From positions 1,792,001 to 1,856,000 of the forward strand of contig NZ_JAQNDL010000003.1 in NCBI RefSeq assembly GCF_028368995.1: a stretch of DNA of 64,000 nt, given 5' to 3'. The translations under genes and the position numbers were made by a program. The notes beneath the pieces are model-generated. The model saw nothing but the letters and a program-made list of their open reading frames with translations. It was not told where the DNA came from and did not search any database. This document shows positions 59,058-64,000 of the stretch, piece after piece (positions within the stretch are counted from its first letter, which is position 1; every line of letters starts with the position of its first letter). The stretch comes from Nannocystis bainbridge. Its GTDB lineage: Bacteria; Myxococcota_A; Polyangia; Nannocystales; Nannocystaceae.

Positions 59058-62000
59058 ATGGAGATCGAGGTGAGCGCGGAGCTTTCGTTCCCCTGGACGC
59101 AGCAGAACGGCCTGGCGGCGATCCTGGACGACGGCCAGTTGTGGGCCATGGTGCTCACGTTCGGCACCGCTCCGCAGCGCGTCCAGGACCTGCGCAAGGG
59201 CCTGAAGCAGTTGATGAAGCGTATCCGGCGCGGACGCATTGACGTCTCGGACGACGCGAGCTTCGGTCGCGCGATCGCCATGTCGCTTCGCTCCGCCCGC
59301 GATCGCCAGCGCCTCACCGACGAGATGTCGCGGGCCCACGCCGGGTCGCTGACCGACTTTCTCGGACGTCAACTGCTGGCGTGGCTGCTGTCGGACGCGC
59401 ACCGCCACGACATGCTCGGGGCGATCGGCGATGAGCCGGCGCAGGTTGAGCAGGTCCTGCGCGCCGGGTCTATGGATGCCCGGCTGTGGCCCGTCGCCTG
59501 CTTCGCGGCCGCGCGGGCGCTGCTCGAGCCCTCGCGCGGGCGCGACTGGGCCGACGCGCTGCTCGCGGCGCATCCGCAGTTCGCGAAGTTCGTCGCGGCG
59601 GGGCAATCCGACGAGGACGGCGATGTCGGCGATGCCGCAGTCGATGATCCTCCGATCCAGGAGCCGGCGGTGCCGGCGGCGAGCGAGCCGGTCGAGGAGC
59701 GCGACGAGCGAGTGGAGGCGCTGCAGCGGCTGCTGCAGCGGTACAGCGAGTGGACGACGCGGATGTCGCCGGCGGAGCTCGAGCGCGCGCTCGAGTTGCT
59801 CGCCGGACTCGCCGAGGGCCCGCGCAGCGCCTTGCGCGACCTCGAGGCGGCCAGACAACGTTTGCAGAGGCAGATCGACGATCTGCCCGACCACCCGATT
59901 CTGCAGCTGCTGCGGCACGAGCTCCCCGGCGCGACAACGCAGCAGAGCTCGCTCGCCGCGCTGCGGGTGGGAATCGAGCGGCGCGCGGCGGCGCTCGCCA
60001 ACGTGCGGCAGGCTGCCGACCGTATCGAGGTGCTGTGCGAGCGCCTCGCCGTCGAGCCGGAGTGGCCGACGATCCCGGGCGGCGTGCTCGACAGTCCGAT
60101 CGACGAGCGGATCGCGGCACTCGAGCGGATCCTCGACGAGCTCGGCGGCGAACTACAGGCGAGGCTCGCGCGGGTCGACGCCGAGGAAGAGGCCGCCGAC
60201 AGGTTGCTGTCCGAGTGGTCGCAGCTCGACCGCGGCGGCGAGCTGGCGCTCGATCTCGACGCCGAGCTCGCGCCGGCCCTGCACCTGTTGTTGCAGGGAT
60301 GCTTGCGTACTCACCGACGCGAGCGGCTCGCGCCGCTCGTCGCCGATCGGAGGCTTCTGGTCGTGCTGTTCGCCGTGCTGGCGGCACGCGACCGCCCGGC
60401 GGCGTGCTCGTTGCTCGTCGAGCTGGCGCACGGGCTTCGCGCGGAGCTAGTCGCGCCGCTGCTCGCAGCGCTCGATGACGCCACTCTCCACGAACTCGCG
60501 GCTGATCCGAAGCTGCCGGTCGAACTCGGCGAGCGGCTGTTCTCGCTGGCGCTGACCTCGGGGCGCGGCGATCTGCTCGCGGAGCTCGCGCCGCACTTCC
60601 ACGGCGAGCCGGCGATCACTGAACTGTTCCACGCGGTGCGCTTGCAGGCGCGCACGCGCGACCTCGCCGACATCGCGCGGCGGCTGGTGCAGCTCGCCCA
60701 TGAGGTGTCGAAAGCCGCCAGCGATGATTCGCAGCAGCGGGTGCGCGAGCTGAAGCAGAACGTGATCGATCGATTGACGCTGCCACCGGGGATGACGCGG
60801 CTGCATCAGGAGCTGCGGGGATACGCGCAGCAGATCGTGCGTCGGGCGTTGAAGGTCGATGTCGAGGGCGACCATGCGGCGGCGGCGCTGACGGCGTTCA
60901 CGCGAATCGGCACGCTCGACCACATGGTCCAAGTGGCGATCGATCAGCTCGATCCGGTGTCGGTGCGCAACCTCACCGAGATCCACCGCAAGAACACGCG
61001 TACGTTCCTCGCGGAGATCGAGCGCGACCTGCGGGCGTGGGTGACCGCGGCGACGCCCGCACCGGGCGATTCGTTGGCACCGGCGGTGCGCGGGCTGGCG
61101 GCCGCCGGGCGCCCGCGCGGCGAGGCGTTTCTCGGAGCGCTGCGGCGTCTGGGCGACGAGCCAACGATCCAGGCGCTGCTCGCCGGACCAGAGCTTGCCG
61201 ACCCCGAGGGCGAGATCGAACCTGTCCATACAGCCAGCTTTATCGCGCTGTGCGACGGCCGGCCGGTAACGGCCGAGCTGTATGTCGCCGACCGCCTGCG
61301 GGTCGTGCTCGGGCGCGGGCCGGGGAGCAGCGCTGAGGCGGTCGACGAGCTGCTGCGCCGGCGCGTGCTGCACGCAGCTCGACTGGCGGCGGGCGACGAT
61401 CCGGAGCTCCTGCGACGGGTCGACGCATCGGCCCAGCAGCGGCGCGAGGGGATCTTGCGCGAGCACGAGGGGTCGCTCGCCGAGGCCCGCGGCAGCGCAC
61501 CGGACAGCGAGGAGATCGCCGTCCGCCTGCAGCTGTTCGAGGAGGCGCTAGGCGCCGAGGACTTCGAGAACGCCGAGTCGCTGGTGCGCGAGCTCGCCGA
61601 CGATCTGCAGCGGCACCGGCTGCTGCAAGATCCCGAGCGGCGCTACGCGCTCGACTTCCTGCGCGACGCCGGCGGGTCGCCGGCGATCGACGAGCCGCTC
61701 GAGCAGCTGCAAGCGCGTGTCGGTGCGGTGCGGACCGCCAATGCGAGCCGGCGGATGCACATCGACTTCTTGCTGCACGCCTGTGACGACCCAGCCCTCG
61801 GCGCCGCGGTGCAGCCTCACTTCGCCCCGCTGGCGCGCCGGCTCGACCGGCTCTCGCACTGGCCGTCGGACAAGCTGGCGGAGAAGCTGGCCGACTCGAT
61901 CCACGAGGTGAGCCGCTATCTGTTGACGCAGGTGACCTATCGAGCCGAACAACCGGAGACCGTCGATCATTTGCTCGAGGCGCTGCCGCGCTACGTCACA

Positions 62001-64000
62001 GACCGGCTGCAGACGCTAGTCGATGAGCGCGCGGCCGACCCGCTCGCTGAGCTGGTCGGTCTAATCCGCGCGTACCACCAGCCGAGCCGGATCCTGCAGT
62101 TCGTCGCGCCGCCGCGCCTGCCGAGCGTCGAGGCGGTTCGACCGGCCGCCCGCGCGCCACGGCAGGCCGTGTCGATCCAACGCGAGTCGGGCGGCGACGA
62201 GCTCGCGGCGCACATCCGGCGCTACCTCGCGCGCCTCGTCGAGCAGACGCCCGATCCGCGGGCGGATGGGCCGCGCACGGTCGACGAGGCGGTGCGCGCG
62301 AAGGACTGGCCAGCGCTGCGCCGGATCGCTGCCGGGCTTGTGCGCGCGCACGGCAGCGCGCCCGGGCAGAGCTCGCGGCTTCCGGTCGCCGAGGGGGTGT
62401 TCGCGTTCGCGCGCGCCCGCGAGAGCCTTACCGACCGCCCGACACCCGATGTCACGCTGATCTACGAGGTCGTCGCAGTGTTCTGGGCCAAGAGCGACCT
62501 GCAGCAGTTCGACCTCGCAGGCGAACTCGACCTGTTGATCGTCGAGGCGCTCGACGACTCCGCGAAGCGGAGCGGCGCCGACCTCGGGGCGCGCGGCGCC
62601 GCGCTGATCGCCGAGGTCGTCGCGGCGCGTCGCGACGACCCGAAGTACGCGTGGTCCGTCGAGCTGATGTGGGCGGCGGCCCAGGTGCAGGACCGCGACG
62701 TCCCGGCGAGCGCGCGGATCGCCGAGACGCTGTGGGAGCTGCTCAAGCCCCAGAACAACCCGAATCCACGCGCCGACCTGCTGCACTGGCTGTACCGGCT
62801 GCGCTGCGAGGAGGCGCTGCGGCAGCTCGCCAACCAGTCGCCGAACCCGAGCTTCGCGGTGCAGTGCATCCACGCGTTCACGCGGGCGGAGTCGGACCCG
62901 GACGTGCGGGCGCGTGCGCTGCAGATGTCGGCGGCTTTCCGCGAGCAGACGGCGCGGCGCAAGAACCGGCAGCCGTGGATCTTGTTGTTCTTGCGGCTCG
63001 AGTCGACGAGCGCGCAGGTCGACGTCGACGTGGCGCCGGTCGAGGTACAGGCGCTCGACCGCGTCGTGCAGGATCGCCACGGCGAGTTCGACCTCGCGGT
63101 GCTCGTCGAAGCGCGGCTGTCGGCCGACCCACCAGAGGCGCTCGCGTTGCGCTTCTTCGACGAGCCCGTGATCGAGCTGATCAGCGGCGACGACGACCTG
63201 CTGACCGCGCGGACGATTCACGCCAGGCTGCCGCTGCCGCCGCGGATCCGCGGCGGCGATCTGCTCGCCGTGCCGTTCACGATCACCGGGCGCACGTTCG
63301 GCGGGCGGACGTTCGAGGCGCGCGGGTCGCTCGACCTCGAGCTCGCGGGCGAGGCGACGAATCCGGTGCGCCGCGAGGAGGTCCTCGGCGCCTGGCCTGG
63401 CGCATCGGGCAGGCCGGTCCAGCACGACGAGGGCTTCTTCGGCCGCGAGGACGAGATCCGCCAGATTGATCTGCGGCTGCGCAGCGACCGTGGGCAGGGC
63501 AGCTTGATGCTGTTCGGCCAGCGCCGGGTCGGCAAGACATCGCTGCTGCTCGAGATGGTGCGGCTCTTGCCGCCGCGGCCAGGGCACGTCGCGGGGGTGT
63601 TCCTCGACGTGTCGAACCTCGACCTGCCGGACAACATGTCGATGTCGCAGCGGTTCTTCGCGGCGATCGTGCACGCGCTCGGAGACCCGCGCAACGCGGC
63701 GGTGCGCGAGCAGCTGGACGTCGAGGAGCGCAACATCCACCGGCTGTTCCGCGGCATCGACGCGTCGCTGTCGCTGTACACCGCACTGCACTCGCTTCGC
63801 GACCGCCTGCGCGAGCGATCGGGCGAGCGGATCTGCCGGCTCGCGTTCTTCGTCGACGAGTTCGACCGCTTCGTCGAGCCGCTGCTGCTCGGACACGAGG
63901 AGCAGGTCGACCGCATGATGTGGGACCTACGGCAGATCGTGCAGCAGTCGCGCGACATCTCGCTCGTGCTAGCCGGCTCGGGCTTGCAGAAGATGTTGAC
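59058..64000 (+). CDS. Giant (>1640 aa) helical protein with a STAND-like P-loop ATPase domain (truncated by window end)
   Basis: ATG at 59058; same frame at 63420 gives FFGREDEI..GQRRVGKTSLL and LAFFVDEFD; no ORF in this frame appears in the track, consistent with no in-frame stop. Confidence 0.85.
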   Translation, partial: MEIEVSAELSFPWTQQNGLAAILDDGQLWAMVLTFGTAPQRVQDLRKGLKQLMKRIRRGRIDVSDDASFGRAIAMSLRSARDRQRLTDEMSRAHAGSLTDFLGRQLLAWLLSDAHRHDMLGAIGDEPAQVEQVLRAGSMDARLWPVACFAAARALLEPSRGRDWADALLAAHPQFAKFVAAGQSDEDGDVGDAAVDDPPIQEPAVPAASEPVEERDERVEALQRLLQRYSEWTTRMSPAELERALELLAGLAEGPRSALRDLEAARQRLQRQIDDLPDHPILQLLRHELPGATTQQSSLAALRVGIERRAAALANVRQAADRIEVLCERLAVEPEWPTIPGGVLDSPIDERIAALERILDELGGELQARLARVDAEEEAADRLLSEWSQLDRGGELALDLDAELAPALHLLLQGCLRTHRRERLAPLVADRRLLVVLFAVLAARDRPAACSLLVELAHGLRAELVAPLLAALDDATLHELAADPKLPVELGERLFSLALTSGRGDLLAELAPHFHGEPAITELFHAVRLQARTRDLADIARRLVQLAHEVSKAASDDSQQRVRELKQNVIDRLTLPPGMTRLHQELRGYAQQIVRRALKVDVEGDHAAAALTAFTRIGTLDHMVQVAIDQLDPVSVRNLTEIHRKNTRTFLAEIERDLRAWVTAATPAPGDSLAPAVRGLAAAGRPRGEAFLGALRRLGDEPTIQALLAGPELADPEGEIEPVHTASFIALCDGRPVTAELYVADRLRVVLGRGPGSSAEAVDELLRRRVLHAARLAAGDDPELLRRVDASAQQRREGILREHEGSLAEARGSAPDSEEIAVRLQLFEEALGAEDFENAESLVRELADDLQRHRLLQDPERRYALDFLRDAGGSPAIDEPLEQLQARVGAVRTANASRRMHIDFLLHACDDPALGAAVQPHFAPLARRLDRLSHWPSDKLAEKLADSIHEVSRYLLTQVTYRAEQPETVDHLLEALPRYVTDRLQTLVDERAADPLAELVGLIRAYHQPSRILQFVAPPRLPSVEAVRPAARAPRQAVSIQRESGGDELAAHIRRYLARLVEQTPDPRADGPRTVDEAVRAKDWPALRRIAAGLVRAHGSAPGQSSRLPVAEGVFAFARARESLTDRPTPDVTLIYEVVAVFWAKSDLQQFDLAGELDLLIVEALDDSAKRSGADLGARGAALIAEVVAARRDDPKYAWSVELMWAAAQVQDRDVPASARIAETLWELLKPQNNPNPRADLLHWLYRLRCEEALRQLANQSPNPSFAVQCIHAFTRAESDPDVRARALQMSAAFREQTARRKNRQPWILLFLRLESTSAQVDVDVAPVEVQALDRVVQDRHGEFDLAVLVEARLSADPPEALALRFFDEPVIELISGDDDLLTARTIHARLPLPPRIRGGDLLAVPFTITGRTFGGRTFEARGSLDLELAGEATNPVRREEVLGAWPGASGRPVQHDEGFFGREDEIRQIDLRLRSDRGQGSLMLFGQRRVGKTSLLLEMVRLLPPRPGHVAGVFLDVSNLDLPDNMSMSQRFFAAIVHALGDPRNAAVREQLDVEERNIHRLFRGIDASLSLYTALHSLRDRLRERSGERICRLAFFVDEFDRFVEPLLLGHEEQVDRMMWDLRQIVQQSRDISLVLAGSGLQKML

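Noticed and set aside
58772-59317. N-terminal extension of McrB to 873 aa as given in the track
   Set aside because: The extension is low-complexity and overlaps the divergent giant ORF; a start at 58771 or 58762 is more plausible.
205-63958. Many long Arg/Ala/Gly/Pro-rich ORFs in the track (e.g. 3075-5972, 10312-13272, 8935-11106, 62061-63896)
   Set aside because: They are shadow frames of real genes in high-GC DNA and carry no protein motifs.

Overview
This is a very GC-rich bacterial window. The gene content (Ser/Thr-rich lipoproteins, Cys-rich repeat proteins, STK-TPR kinases, several PAS-STAS proteins) points to a myxobacterium, probably Nannocystis-like (inference). The left half holds typical accessory lipoproteins including a 1.35-kb tandem duplication, a CzcCBA-type RND efflux operon, small metabolic genes, and a lower-GC three-gene operon (GHKL/MORC-ATPase-histidine-kinase fusion, receiver protein, unknown His-motif protein) that looks like a candidate defence system. 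The right third (about 42.5-64 kb) looks like a defence/decay island. In order it carries an IS5 remnant, a Ser/Thr kinase and ECF sigma, a translationally coupled prokaryotic viperin + phage-type dNMP kinase + ParE/RelE-like toxin operon, an integrase remnant followed by a mosaic of gene fragments (one of them a scrambled P450), a 73-bp inverted-repeat element, McrBC, and a >1600-aa STAND-like ATPase ORF that runs off the window and is missing from the ORF track. No rRNA, complete tRNA or CRISPR array was seen. All family calls come from motif recognition by eye; no database search or GC computation was run.
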